From assembly GCA_032718475.1 (NCBI GenBank), contig JAUCBJ010008887.1:1-64000 (forward strand): a DNA stretch of 64,000 bases, written 5' to 3'. A program made the translations under genes and the position numbers. Position 1 is the first letter of the stretch. The number at the start of each line of letters is the position of its first letter. Shown here one piece after another: positions 22,866-35,488 of the stretch. Source of the stretch: Nemertoderma westbladi (lineage: Eukaryota > Animalia > Xenacoelomorpha). Under the pieces are notes generated by a model, which was given only the letters and a program-made list of their open reading frames with translations, did no database searches and had not been told where the DNA came from.

Positions 22866-24653
22866 CTAAAAGAATAGTGACCCACAATCGCAATTTGAGA
22901 ATTTAGCTATTTTATGAGCAATATAGCTTTCCATCGTTCCACACAACTGCCAAGAATTATCCCCGAATTTCTTCACCTTATTTTGGTCCATGTCGCCATC
23001 GGATTGTCCCATGGCTATAATTTCCCCGAAACAAAGAACGATTCCTATACCATTACCAGGTGACGAATCAGCTCCTATCAGATTCCAGGTATTGTTTAGA
23101 GGATCATAGCACTCGACGCTCCTTAGTGTGACTGTAGTCATCGTGTTAAAGTTCATATAGCCCCCTACTACGTATATATGGTTGTTATAAACTGCGCACC
23201 CAAAGGAATACCGCCTGATGTTCATTGCCGCCACCTCGGTCCATTTGTTGGTGTTTGGGTTGTACTTCTCGACAGAATTCATAACATTATTAGGAATTTG
23301 GTCGAGAATTCGGCCATTATACATATTCGGAAAAGATTCATTCATGCCACCGATAGCATATAGAAATCCATCCAGAACGGCAACTGACAATCGTGATCGA
23401 CGATACTTCATTGATGTAACCGGTGTCCAGTTGTCGGTGTTCGGGTCGTAATGCTCCACGGTCTTGTAATATGTGAACCAACCTGCATCTCCCCCAACCA
23501 CATAGAGCAACCCGTTCATCACAGCAACACCATGGAAACGACGAGGTGTGCTCATGGGAGCAATGTCATACCAATGGTCGACTTTTGGATCATAACACTC
23601 ACCGATGGTCTCCATGGATTTCTTGTTATCGCCTCCAGTCGCATACAAAAATCCATTGAGAACAGCAACTCCCACGTGAAATCTGGGCCAATTCATTTGT
23701 TTAATCCCTCGCCACTCATTAGTATCTGGTATGTATTGTTCTACCGAGTAATAGAGAAGCCGATTGAAGCCGGAAGGAAGGAATATTTGAGTCCGACCAA
23801 AAGCCACCAAACGTGCACATGGTTGGGGATTCCGAGGATGGATCCCTTCCGAGAATGTCTTGGCATCTTCTACCAGTTTCAGACACTCATTGTCATTACA
23901 AATCAGGGGGTGGGTCTTTACCGTTCCCTCTAGGAATGCGAATCCAATTAACGGCAAACGAATGAGTTTGAGCAACTCGGAAAGTAATGGAAAAGGTTCC
24001 TCATTGTCATTGACGTTATGCTCAATCCATTCCTTACTGCTCGCAACCCATTTCATTACAGCAGTGAACAGCTGCTCCTCAGAACTAACATTCAGCTCGT
24101 CACTTCTAATTATCTCCTTCAGCTTATTAATCGACAATAAAAGAAACTCGTCATTCTGTATAACATTATGGAAGTGGTGTATCATGTAGTTTTTGGCATC
24201 ACGCAAAATGTCCAGAAATGAATAAGTTTCCGCAAACGATTGGAAACCAATACAATTACTCGCGTCCAGGTTGTTCTTCAGGAATTCGCAGCACCTTCGC
24301 TGCACCTCTTTCACCTGGAGCATAGTCGCAGCAGCCGCCAGTTCCTGCACATTTCCCTCATTAACCGTTATTAAGGATGTGTATGCGAAGTTAATGACCT
24401 GTTCAACAGCGTCTGCGTCTATATCTACGTTTTTACTTTCGATTTTCACCACAGGTTGTTCAGTTTCTTTCCATTCTCGAGTGAGCATGGCTTCGAAGTA
24501 AGGAGTCAACGCCACCAAGAGACGTCTGTGCGCGGTGATTTCCTTTTCGCCTACATCTATTCGTATGTCACAGGGTTCGTTTACCAATTCACTCCTAATG
24601 TCGGATAAGGTAGGATCACCCGTGTTATGTCCTGGCTCTGATGTTGAAGACAT
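22866..24653 (-). CDS. Intronless BTB-BACK-Kelch protein (kelch-like/diablo-like)
   Basis: BTB (CDI.I......AHR..L...TPYF.AM), BACK (NCIG...FAE, SSEEQLF.AVMKW, IRLPL), about six GG...Y.P....W kelch repeats; AATAAA on the minus strand about 45 bp past the stop. Confidence 0.93.
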   Translation of the reverse strand: MSSTSEPGHNTGDPTLSDIRSELVNEPCDIRIDVGEKEITAHRRLLVALTPYFEAMLTREWKETEQPVVKIESKNVDIDADAVEQVINFAYTSLITVNEGNVQELAAAATMLQVKEVQRRCCEFLKNNLDASNCIGFQSFAETYSFLDILRDAKNYMIHHFHNVIQNDEFLLLSINKLKEIIRSDELNVSSEEQLFTAVMKWVASSKEWIEHNVNDNEEPFPLLSELLKLIRLPLIGFAFLEGTVKTHPLICNDNECLKLVEDAKTFSEGIHPRNPQPCARLVAFGRTQIFLPSGFNRLLYYSVEQYIPDTNEWRGIKQMNWPRFHVGVAVLNGFLYATGGDNKKSMETIGECYDPKVDHWYDIAPMSTPRRFHGVAVMNGLLYVVGGDAGWFTYYKTVEHYDPNTDNWTPVTSMKYRRSRLSVAVLDGFLYAIGGMNESFPNMYNGRILDQIPNNVMNSVEKYNPNTNKWTEVAAMNIRRYSFGCAVYNNHIYVVGGYMNFNTMTTVTLRSVECYDPLNNTWNLIGADSSPGNGIGIVLCFGEIIAMGQSDGDMDQNKVKKFGDNSWQLCGTMESYIAHKIAKFSNCDCGSLFF

Positions 24654-24953
24654 TGCCTCTTCACAAACTTCTTACACAGTGATGCTGTTACTGCAGCTGT
24701 ACTGGTATGACCATATGAGTCGCCACATTCAAATAATCCCCCTCTCACACTATATTAAACTAAGACTTTGTAATATTGATTAAATGAAAAAAGAGTTTTT
24801 CATTTACCTTTTATATGGAAAATCAATTTTTAAAAACAATAAAAAAATATATGATATTAATTTGAGGAAGAGTTCCATATTCCTCAGCACATAAAACTAA
24901 ACTTAGTGTATTTATTTGTGCCATTTAGAAAAATAATAGGTAAAACAGATTCC

Positions 24954-25426
24954 GAGTCAATGGATACATCGTGTCAAAGAGTACAACAGGTCAAAGAGTA
25001 CAAAAATGGAAAAAAGGGTACAACAGGTCAAAGTTTACAACAGCCATGTCAAAGGGTACAAAAACCACGTTAGAGGGTACAAATGTTATAGAAAGGGTAC
25101 AACATGACAAAGTGAACAACAGGGATTTTTATACTGTATGAAACTCGCTGGTTACAGTAGTGGCGGACCTCACCTGACCTAACCAATCCTGACTAATCCT
25201 AACCAAAATAATTAACGAACGAAATAACTGCCTTACACTTTGACTCGATGTACCCTTTGATGTTGTACACTTTGACTCGTTTTGTTTGTACCCTTCGAGG
25301 TCCTGTTTTGTACCCTTTGACCGCCTGGTTTGTACCCTTTGTCTCGTACCCTTTCCTGTTGTACCCTTTGACTCGTTTTATTCCCTTTGACTCGTTGTAC
25401 CCATTGACCTGTGTACCCATTGACCT
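24954..25426. mobile_element. Small foldback/MITE-like element with inverted arrays of GTCAAAGGGTACAA subunits
   Basis: Subunits face + at 24954-25110 and - at 25240-25426, around a cctaacc-rich core. Confidence 0.65.
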
Positions 25427-25447
25427 AAAGCGGGTAATACATCGGTA

Positions 25448-26358
25448 CTAGTGAGTTATAGGTACACCCCCCCCCCCCCTCAATTTTTTTTACTAGCTAG
25501 TTTTTGCTATTTCTTTTTATGAAATGTTCTAGAACATGAGATACATTTGAAAAAAAAAAAAAATGTTCTAGAACAAATATTTTTTGTTCTGGAACAAATT
25601 TTAAAAAAAGCTTACAAATTTTATTTTTTGTTAGTAATATTTTATTTGATGTCAAGGAAATTGAATTTTCTCGAATATTCGAATTTCTACAGCTAAGATT
25701 TGACTTTCGCCCAACAACTAGCTGAGTTTCGTTGGAAGCTTCTACACAAATAATACCCATTCCTTGCTCTGTTGGATTTGATCAGAAAATATTACCCGCT
25801 GTCTGCTAAATAATAAATATTATACAGTATAGGTATTCTAAGCATATCATTAATTTCTGAATATAATGACCTCAATACAGTGAATTTATTAATTTTAATT
25901 AGCTATTAAAAAAATACTAGCTAACCCATCTCCCCCAAACCCATCTTGCCAGCAATGATTAAAAATTATATGAAACAAATTCTGAATAAAATTAAAAAAA
26001 AAATTTCATATTTTTTGAACTGTTCTAGAACAAAAACTATTTGTTCTAGAACTTTTTTGTTTCTAGTTCTGAATAGCTAACATGTTCTAGAACATTATTA
26101 AAAAATAAAAATAGTACATTAATTTTTTTAATTTTTTTTAATTGTTCTAGAACAAAAAATATTTTTTTATAGAACATATATATATTTTTTTTAATAGCTA
26201 TCATGTGCTAGAACATGTTCATAAAAAGAAATAGCAAAAACTAGATAGAAAAAAATTTGAGAGGGGGTGTACCATGATCTACTACCATGTACCATGACCT
26301 ACTATAGAATGTACTATAGAATCTATAGCAGGTCATGGGTGTACCTATAACACACTAG
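25448..26358. mobile_element. AT-rich MITE/foldback element with long imperfect TIRs (TTCTAGAACA-rich family)
   Basis: ctagtgagttataggtacaccc versus gggtgtacctataacacactag (one mismatch); inner arms 25480-25540 and 26200-26270 are complementary; the right end is tandemly duplicated (about 95 bp, 26334-26524). Confidence 0.65.
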
Positions 26359-26849
26359 TGCCAATACATCTATCAGAAGGAACAAATGGGTAGGCCTACT
26401 GGTGCAGTTGTATGCCTACACCACCCACCATGGGTGTACCTATAACACACTAGTGCCAATACATCTATCAGAAGGAACAAATGGGTAGGCCTACTGGTGC
26501 AGTTAGTATGCCTACACCACCCACCAAATTTAATCTACTAAATTATTGATAATTTTTGTTTTTGAAACGTAGAACATGTTAGCTATTTTATTTTTATTTT
26601 TTTTATATTTTAATTGACTGATATGACTTGAACGCCACCTAACGTCTTTACAAATACACAGCTAAACCACCACAAATTTCTGATTTGTAAGTCTAGGTGG
26701 CGTTATTGTGTACGGCTGTAGGCCCATATAAACCATTGTTAGTTATGCATTAACTCACTCTCTTTTCACATTACTTTAATTGTTTTGTAGACTCACCTCT
26801 ACATATGGAAGAAGTAAGAACCCCGGTCAATCTTTAATGACTGGAAATT

Positions 26850-28036
26850 ATTAGTTTGTGGGGCGAGCCACGAAGTGAGTGAGCCTTAGCGTAGTGGTAC
26901 CATTAATCAACCTGTCGTTCTGTCGTTCTGTCGTTCTGTCGTTCTGTCGTTCTGTCGTGTTCAATTTTAAACGTTAATAACTCGGCCAATCTTTGATGAA
27001 ATCTATCCAAACTTGGTACACATGTTGTTTGGCAAAAGTTTAGAAATTTTCCAAGTAGAATTTCCGTGTGGCCTTCGAGAAGCTAAGATAATAGCAGTTA
27101 ATTAGTTAATTAAGTTGATTGCGGTGAAAACGCCATTTTCAACCTGCCTTTTAAAGGAAATTAATTGTTTTACAGTATAAGATTTAAATAATTATACTTA
27201 AAAATTATACAGATATAATCCCCATACGCCATTCTATTATAGTTTTTAATTAGTTTAAGTGATTTGCTTTAATAAATGTGTCTTTAATTGATCTAAACGT
27301 AATTAAACCGCACAATTATTGAGTACAAATTTAATCCTTCCCATTATTGGTCAAGTCTCTGCTGGTGTGGAGCTAGCTGCTGGGAGTTGTGGCTGTAGAC
27401 TAACCTGAGAGGAATTGTAATAGAGGCAACCAGTATTGCTATTCCAGCCCAATCACTGAATTGTGTTTATTATAGGCTGGACGGGCCGCATAACCGTTCG
27501 ACTATTACTACTATTGCTATCTCAGTTAAATGACAGATATAATAACATAAATACAATCCATGGCATGGCTGTTGTAGGCTTCTGAAATAGTTTATTCCAC
27601 AATGTATATGTCTGGTTATTTTTTAATTGAATTTTTGCAAAGTAGTAAAATTAATGTTCTTAAAAATAATATTATTATTTTATATGTAACCTAGGAAATT
27701 AGCTACATTTTTTCGCTGCAGCTTTAAGAGTGTACATTGATTTAATATTATTTCAATACCCATATTACTACATCGGCATAAGATGCGTTGGCGTTGTATC
27801 ACACATCTCCACATATCACACATCTCCACATAGATGTATCAACAGTTACTCGCACAGTTTCGAAACTTCGCATAGTTATAACTGTATAAAGATTGTCAGT
27901 CTGCGTTTAGGAAAAATATTTTATGACAAAACAGGACAAGCGACGAGCGCAACGAGGCATATAATGAAGACGAGTACTGCGTTGACTAAATTATTATATA
28001 AACCACCTGGCTTCACATATTGATCGCATCCCTAGT
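26850..28036 (+). mobile_element. Non-autonomous Helentron/DINE-1-like (HINE) element
   Basis: 5' ttgtggggcgagc...gagcc hairpin region, (CTGTCGTT)n microsatellite, aataactc...aaacttggtaca block and 3' ...ctagtt end, which is the usual HINE layout; boundaries approximate. Confidence 0.45.
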
Positions 28037-30099
28037 TATTATTATTATAAAGATCGTCCTAGCTTGCGTTTAAGAAATATATTTAAATACAAAACAGGAC
28101 GAACGCAAAGAGGCTTATAATGAAAACGAGTACTGCGTTTATTATATTCCTATAAACCACCTGGCTTTGCATATTTAACGTGCGATTGGAAATAAGTTCG
28201 TGCTACCCTTCCGTGGGTGGTAGATGTCGCGGTTATGTATTGGTGGTTGGGAAGGGTGGGGGGGGGGGGGGGGGATTAAAAGGGGTGAACACGTACTGTC
28301 CACCTTTCTTTGATTGATTGGTGGTGTGGGTAAATTTCTCAAAACCTGATTTTGTGATACAGTCGCTGCATTTTAATTTGTATATAATAACTAGGCCTCG
28401 TGCTGCGCGAAGTCCCCACGAACGTGTTTATTCTGAATATATGATTCATTCGTTGATTCATTTGTTTAATATTATTATAATTTGATTTGCTTATTTGATA
28501 TTTTACCGATTCTACCTGATATTCTATACCTATTTGAAATTTTCTAGACACCAAACCCAGGTAGGTCTCTATAGCCAAACATTATTGATAACCTGGACAA
28601 TTGTGTCAGACTTATATGTGTTGTCTTACCTCTAACCCAATAAATAATTACCATATGACGATATTTCCGACCTGAAATGCAAGCGAAGCTTTTAATAACA
28701 ATAGCATTACGATTGAGCGTTGTCATAAATTGAATACCGTAGCGATAATAATAATATAAACAAACATACATATAGTAAAAATACATTTCCTCTAAAGGGA
28801 AATACATTTCCAGACTTGAGCCCCCACGTAAATAATTAGTTTTGACATTTACTTATTGTGTTGTGCCGCCACACCCTCGCGTACTGTTTATATTAGTGAA
28901 ATAATTTAGATGATCAATTACCGTCAGAAACTGAGCGAATTATTAAGCAGATCGAGACAGTTTTGGGGATTAGGGAATATAAGAGATTCACTCAAACGGC
29001 CTTCTTTCGAAGGTACACTAGCACCATTATCGTTTTAGTGCATCAGACTGGGTTCTTACTTCCTCCACACAAATCGATCAGATATAGTGAAAATATACAA
29101 GATATGGGATAAAAACGTCATTTTTGTCAAATGTGCTAACAAACTGCCGGAACTATATATTATATCGTTATGATCAGTTAGAAATTAAAGGATATTACAG
29201 AAATTGAAGAAAATACAGAAATCCTATTTACATATAAAAATGCCGCTAAAAATATAAAAACTTTTACTGTGTAAAAGTCAGGGGCTTCCGCAAGCAGAGG
29301 GTGAAGGTGCAAGAAGGTAAGGAAAGTGAGAAAACAGGCCCTTTTATGGCCAGACATTATGCAAATCGGGAACGGAAGGCTCTTAATGGTGATTGGTTGA
29401 AGCTCGTCCCTGATTGGTTGGAGCTACTGGTTGGCCAAACAGTTACGTTTCGATCCTAATGCACCTATGGGCCGGTAGAGGGCAGGAGGTCGATGACATG
29501 GGTAATGTGACTTACAAACGTATCGGCGTTTGGCGAACCAAACGTGACACCACAGGACAACCTATACGTTTCGATCCTAGTTACAAAACAAATGTGCGTG
29601 TGAGACGCAAACGAGATGGTATTACTATGTTATGGGTACCCACTTTTTAAACAAATTGTTTCATATGAAAATGGCTTTTATCATAAGGTTTTTGCTCTAG
29701 AACAAATATTTAACTTTCTGCCAGTACGATGGTAGCTAGTAATTTTGATTTTGTATTAGCTAGTATTTTTTATTAGCTAGTTAAAAAAATTTTAATTGAA
29801 AAATAAAATAAAAAATTTACCACGTTTTTTCTTGTAAAAATGTATTTTATTATGAGGTTTTTTTTTCTAGAACAAATATTTGACCTTCTGACAGTAAGAT
29901 GGTAGCTAGTACTTTTGATTTTGTGTTAGCTAGTACTATTTATTAGCTAGTAAATGTAAGATATACCGGTAATTTAATTCTCAATTATATATTTGCATGG
30001 AATAATTTATGAGTCATGGTGTAGCTAGTAATTTTTATTTGATAGTCAAAGTAGCTAGTTATTATAAACTAGCTAGTTTTTTATATTTTATACAAAATA

Positions 30100-31298
30100 C
30101 AGTCGGGGTCTCTAAGTGCATCTGTTCTTTGAGATTTTCTCAAAGAACTAAAAGTGTCTCAAATTTCTAAAAGTGGTCCAAGAAAATGACAAAGTGTCCT
30201 CAAAGATTTCGAAGTAGTACTGTCAGTCATTTCATACACTCCTGCCTGAAGCTGGCTATGGTATGGGGTTTCCGACTTTGTTTGAAGGTCACCGTCCGTA
30301 GGTCGCTACTCGCTAGCTGTGATTGATAGCTTAAACTGGGTGCCGCTTTGCCAGAAGGCGGTACACATCAATTGCATATGAAGCAAACATTTAAAATATG
30401 ATAGAAACGCCAGGGGCAGGGGATATTTTAATATCTCTATTAAGTTAAAACAACACAAGAGTGTGGCCGTTCTACCGTACTTGAAAGTCGAAAGCCTTTC
30501 TTAGTTTTTAAGAAGGAATTCTCGCGCTCTCGTCAACATAGTTATCATATTAATTAAACAGTTAAGGTAGTACGGTTTGACCTCAGGTGACTAATGAAAT
30601 GAATAACAAAAGTTATTATAAGCTTTCTCCCAACAGGGCTTCTTTAGGTCATTATAATGAAACTGCGTATACACAGAGAAACTACAGTGCAGTTTCTTTT
30701 ATATTAATTGTTAATCTGATATTGTATTATGTTATTAAAATAATCAATCTTGTCAAGCATTAATCTTGTTTCACTAATTATGTTTCATGTATTATTTGAT
30801 TTTTAAGAATGTTTTTAAGAAAGACTTTAGGGCGCCGTAAATTCAATTTGTACTTGCGACCGAAAACCCATCCCGTAATGACCTCAGGAACCTCAATTTG
30901 ATAAATTAATGGGAATAGCTTCTAGGCAACAACTGGCCAGCACACAATATACTTTGTTGCCCGCATGATATTGTTCCCCGAGAATGCCTCTGCATCTGTT
31001 AACTTACCACGAGCTGTCAATCAGGAATACCTCGGAGTTTATTTTCTCCAAGAATTCAAAGTGCCCAAACTACCTCAAAGTGACATTTCTCAAAGAATTC
31101 AAAGTGCCTAAAAGCAGGAAATCACTTTGAGATTCCCAACTAAAAGTGTCTACACGAATTCAAAGCGGCCGTTGGGAGTAATGTAATAACTTTTAGACAC
31201 TTTTAGAAAAACTTTGAGAAAATCTCAAAGAACAGATGCACTTTGAGACCCCGACTGAGAAAATCTCAAAGAACAGATGCACTTTGAGACCCCGACTG
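30100..31298. mobile_element. Non-autonomous Tc1/mariner-type DNA transposon
   Basis: TA|cagtcggggtctc...gagaccccgactg|TA with TIR about 46 bp; about 42 bp of the right TIR is tandemly duplicated; no transposase ORF. Confidence 0.85.
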
Positions 31299-32575
31299 TA
31301 TAGGCAGATGTCAAAATAGTGTTTTTACTTATTTTACTTATTTAGGCCTATTTTACTTCTTATTAGATTTATTTATCTTTTTATTAATTGCGAGAATATA
31401 TTGATGATAATATGGAAATTGTCTAAGTAAATGCCGGCACTACAAAATTTCTTTTGTAATTTTAAGATCACTAGCTACCTTTAAAAACACTACCGTTAGC
31501 TACCATAATAAAAAATAATAGCTAACCTCTCTCAGAAGGTGAAAAAATTTATGTTCTAGAACAGAAAGCCATCTCGCTAATATCCATTACCATGGTCCAA
31601 AATATTATTTTGTAATTTTAAGATCACTAGCTACCTTAATAAAAAATAATAGGTAACCTCTCTCAGAAGGTGGAATTTATGTTCTAGAACGAAAAACATC
31701 ATGATAATATGCAATACATGGTAAAAAAATTGATATTAGGTACCAAAAATTTGGTTTTGTAATTTTAAAAATAGTAGCTACCTAAAAGAAATCACTAGCT
31801 ACCATAAAAAAAACAATAGCTAACGTCTAACAGAAGATGACATTAATGTTCTAAAACAAAAAACCTCAAGATAATAGGGTACTACTATGTTATGGGTACC
31901 CACTTTTTGACCAATTTTTTTCTTATGAAAATGGCTTTTATTATGAGGTTTTTTGTTCTAGAACAAATATTTGACCTTCTGACAGTTAGTTGGTAGCTAT
32001 AAATTTTTATTTTCGTGTTAGCTAGTTAAAAAAATTTAGATTGAAATTTGAAAATAAATTTTGACCTACCGGTACTGTTTTCTTGTAAAAATGGCTTTAA
32101 GCATGAGGGTTTTTGTATTAGAATAAATATTTGACCTTCTGACAGTAAGATGGTAGCTAGTAATTTTGATTTTGTGTTAGCTAGTACTTTTTATTAGCTA
32201 GTTAAAAAAATAAAAAATATAATTTAATCCTCAATTACATTTATGTGGAATAATTTATGAGTAATGGTAGCTAGTAATTTGAATTTTTTAGCCAGGGGGT
32301 TATAGCGAGTCATAATTATTTACTAGCTAGTTTTTTTTATGTGCTGTAAAAATACAGTTAATATTATTCATGTTGTCAATCAAGTTGTGTAAATGTAAAT
32401 GTAAAATTATGTATATTTTTTATTACACTCAGTCAGAAATATAATATGTAATTTTAAAAACAGTAGCTACCTTAAAAAAACACTAGCTACCATAAAAAAA
32501 ACAATAGCTATCGTCTCTAAGGAGATGAAATTTATGTTCTAAAACAAAAAACCTCATGATAATAGCTATTATAAT

Positions 32576-32872
32576 GGTCAAATAATTGGTCAAAAAGTGG
32601 GTACCCATAACATAGTAGTACAGATAATAGCCATTAACATGGTCAAATAAACGGTCAAAAAGTGGGTACCCATAACATAGTAGTACAGATAATAGCCATT
32701 AACATGGTCAAATAAACGGTCAAAAAGTGGGTACCCATAACATAGTAGTACAGATAATAGCCATTAACATGGTCAAATAAACGGTCAAAAAGTGGGTACC
32801 CATAACATAGTAGTACAGATAATAGCCATTAACATGGTCAAATAAACGGTCAAAAAGGGGGTACCCATAACA
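32576..32872. repeat. 65-bp tandem repeat, about 4.5 copies
   Basis: Unit ggtcaaataaacggtcaaaaagtgggtacccataacatagtagtacagataatagccattaacat starts at 32576, 32641, 32706, 32771 and 32836. Confidence 0.95.
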
Positions 32873-33871
32873 TATTAGTACCAACGAGATCCCACTGAAG
32901 AAACATAACAGGAGATTAATCACACCCATAGTTTGACCAATTTTTTTATATTAAAAAAGCTTTTATAATTAGGTTTTTTTTTCTATAACAAATATTTGAC
33001 CTTCTGACAGTAGGAATGATTATAATTCAAACCAATGAAACTAAATCAATTAGCACAATAATTAATTAGTAAAGACGCTTCCACTCAACAGTTTCTCCAC
33101 CGCCGTTCCCCGTTCGTTCCACCAATCACCACGCCTCGTTGGCCCCGCCCCAATCACTGGCGCCTCCAGCCGAGGGTGGCGGGAGTGGCAGTGGGCGTAA
33201 CTGCGGCGGAAGGTATCGTAGCCGCCCACTCGTCGCCGGCCCAGTCCTGACCGAATCCCGCAGTCGGTCAGGACAGTAGGATAGTGGCTAATAATTTCGA
33301 TTTTGTGTTAGCTAGTACTTTTTTTAGCTAGTGAAAAAAATTTAATATTCGAATTTTTTTATAATTTTTCTTGTGAAAATAAATGGCTTTTATCATGAGT
33401 TTCTTGTTTTAGAACAAATATTTTACCTTCTGTCAGTCAGTCAGTTAGATAGTAGCTAGTAATATTGATTTTGTGTTAGATAGTACTTTTTATAAGATAT
33501 TAAAAAATTAAACTTAGTTAGAACATCAAACACAACTGTATGTTTGTGTGTTATAAGTTCTACATTGAAACTTCAGCAGTTTCTAAGAGAGCATTGAAAA
33601 TGACGATTTTTTTAAATAAAGAATTATACAGTATGATGATTCCTGTACAGTACAATTTATTTTTTTTTCAAAAAATGTTCTATAACAAATAAAGTGTTCA
33701 AGAACAAAAATATGTACCAAAATTAATAGCTAACACATGTTCTATAACATTTATAAAATAAAATTTGAAAGAATTAGCTAGTATAAAAAATAAAAATGTG
33801 TTCTAGAACAAAAAAATATGTTCTAGAACAAAAATATTTCTCAAAATTGATAGCTAGCACATCTTCTATAA

Positions 33872-35065
33872 TGTAAAAGCTTTTGCGGATATACTCAGTC
33901 CCCCTCGCCCGCAAGGTACCGTTATAGGTGTTTTAACGGACATAAAAGTCATTCTTCTATATGCGTGCTTTGGCGGACATGGTAAGGCAAAAAACCAAGG
34001 CACCAAATACCCTGGCACAGCTTAGCCTTGATGATTCAGATTACGACATCTAACAGCTGGTTGCTGACATGGAAACGGCCATTGGACACATGGTTCTTTG
34101 TTTAGCTTAACAGCCAATCAGAGCGATTTTTTCTGTCGATGTGGAGATATTTTGGCCGATCGTGCTAGGAGTGTTCAGTCTTACTGTTTTTCTTGATACT
34201 GTTGTGTTGTTTCTATCTAGGCCAGGAACACCGGCTCTAGAGTCAATTCGTTTTTCATACTTTAGAAGAAACATTAGTAGGCTTAAATTATAGAGCGTAT
34301 AACTGTTATCATAACATAACAATCAGTGCAACTCAGTTCAGTCTTACATTATCGGTTCAACATACATTATTATACTGCTATTTACTGTTGTCATATTTTG
34401 TATCAGTTGGTTGAATATTATTTGGAGAACATCTATAAAGAACCCAAATTTCCCAATTTTCTTGATACACTACAGGTTAGAGAGACGGGTTACATATAGC
34501 GATTGCGACTTATATTATTGTGGTTTGTAGTGAATTTAATGCTATTTGATAAGCACTACATGAGTCAGTTGCTGTTCTCTTTATATATGATAAAATTCAT
34601 TGACGGTCGGCAAATTAGTGAGCAGTATTGTGTGTTACCGGTAGTGTGCATGATTGTGGCTGATAACTAAGCATTTCCTAAAGAATGCGCCTCATACGTG
34701 AATCATAAGCCTTACAGTCTTACAGTTGTGTTTAGTATAAGTCATATCTCTGTTTACCTAGATAGAGCGCCACGTCCTAAAGGAACTGTTAATATTTCCC
34801 GAAAGTGAATAATATTGGTCAGAAATTATTTATTAACGATCAATCGAATAATACAGTAAGCTTACACTGCAATAATAATCTAAGCCCTCAGAATCCAGTC
34901 TCCCGGGTATATCCAGCGGGTGAATGGACGCGCACTAGGCTGGCTTCTGCTAATGTTGTGTTTATTGGTATTAAATATTTGTCAATTTCTAAAGTCTATT
35001 TATAAACCAAAAGACATATAAATTTTGGCAGGTTAAACTGCTAAAGGTCTTCAAAAGCGCGTACA
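33872..35065 (+). repeat. 5' LTR of A2 (1194 bp)
   Basis: tgtaaaagc...aaagcgcgtaca; near-identical to 49592-50386 apart from indels. Confidence 0.95.
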
Positions 35066-35488
35066 ATAACAGTTATTGTCTTTATTGCAGTAAGCAATAA
35101 TGTTGAAAGTACCGGTCGACCGGTAAACCTGAACCGGTACTTCTGTAGGTCAGTAGGCCCAACTGCCAGAACCGGTACTGCTGTAGGTCCGTAGGTCCAA
35201 CTGCCAGAACCGGTACTTCTGTAGGTCCGTACTCCGTAGGCCCAACTGTCCTAACCGGTACTTCCAGTATAAGTACATTAGTATTATTCGATTTTGATTA
35301 TTGTATACTGGTAGGTCTTAGTATTTAATCAGGGACGGCCGCCCTGGTTTTTTATTGAGATTTTACTTATTTCTGTCGGTTTTATTTACATGTAAGTTAA
35401 TATTGAGCTGAAGACGTGTAAGTCTGCTCAGATTGTTCAGATAATTGTAGGCCGGACTGTTGTCGGATTGTTGTTGGGTTTGGAGAGA

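Larger units (their letters stand above)
29620..33871. repeat. Degenerate AT-rich repeat family (ttctagaacaaatatttgaccttctgacagtaagatggtagctagt) in alternating orientations; resumes at 50387-51770 after the BEL insertion
   Basis: Multiple copies in + (29690-29950, 31950-32200, 32980-33500) and - (31460-31870, 32460-32560) orientation. Confidence 0.75.

Noticed and set aside
22866-24653. Kelch gene as Polinton cargo
   Set aside because: It lies outside the ACTACT terminus at 22261 and is GC-richer than the Polinton ORFs; revisit only if that terminus is wrong.
33244-33279. Helitron 3' end
   Set aside because: The hairpin is not followed by CTRR and the segment has a 10-bp flanking direct repeat, which Helitrons do not make.
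34107-34322. Identical 71-aa ORFs at 34107 and 49832, and similar short ORFs at 8415/62541
   Set aside because: Recurrence is explained by LTR duplication; no coding signature.
35026-35045. TGGCAGG... as a tRNA primer-binding site
   Set aside because: It lies inside the LTR, has a counterpart in the A1 3' LTR and forms a local hairpin; a PBS must lie outside the LTR.
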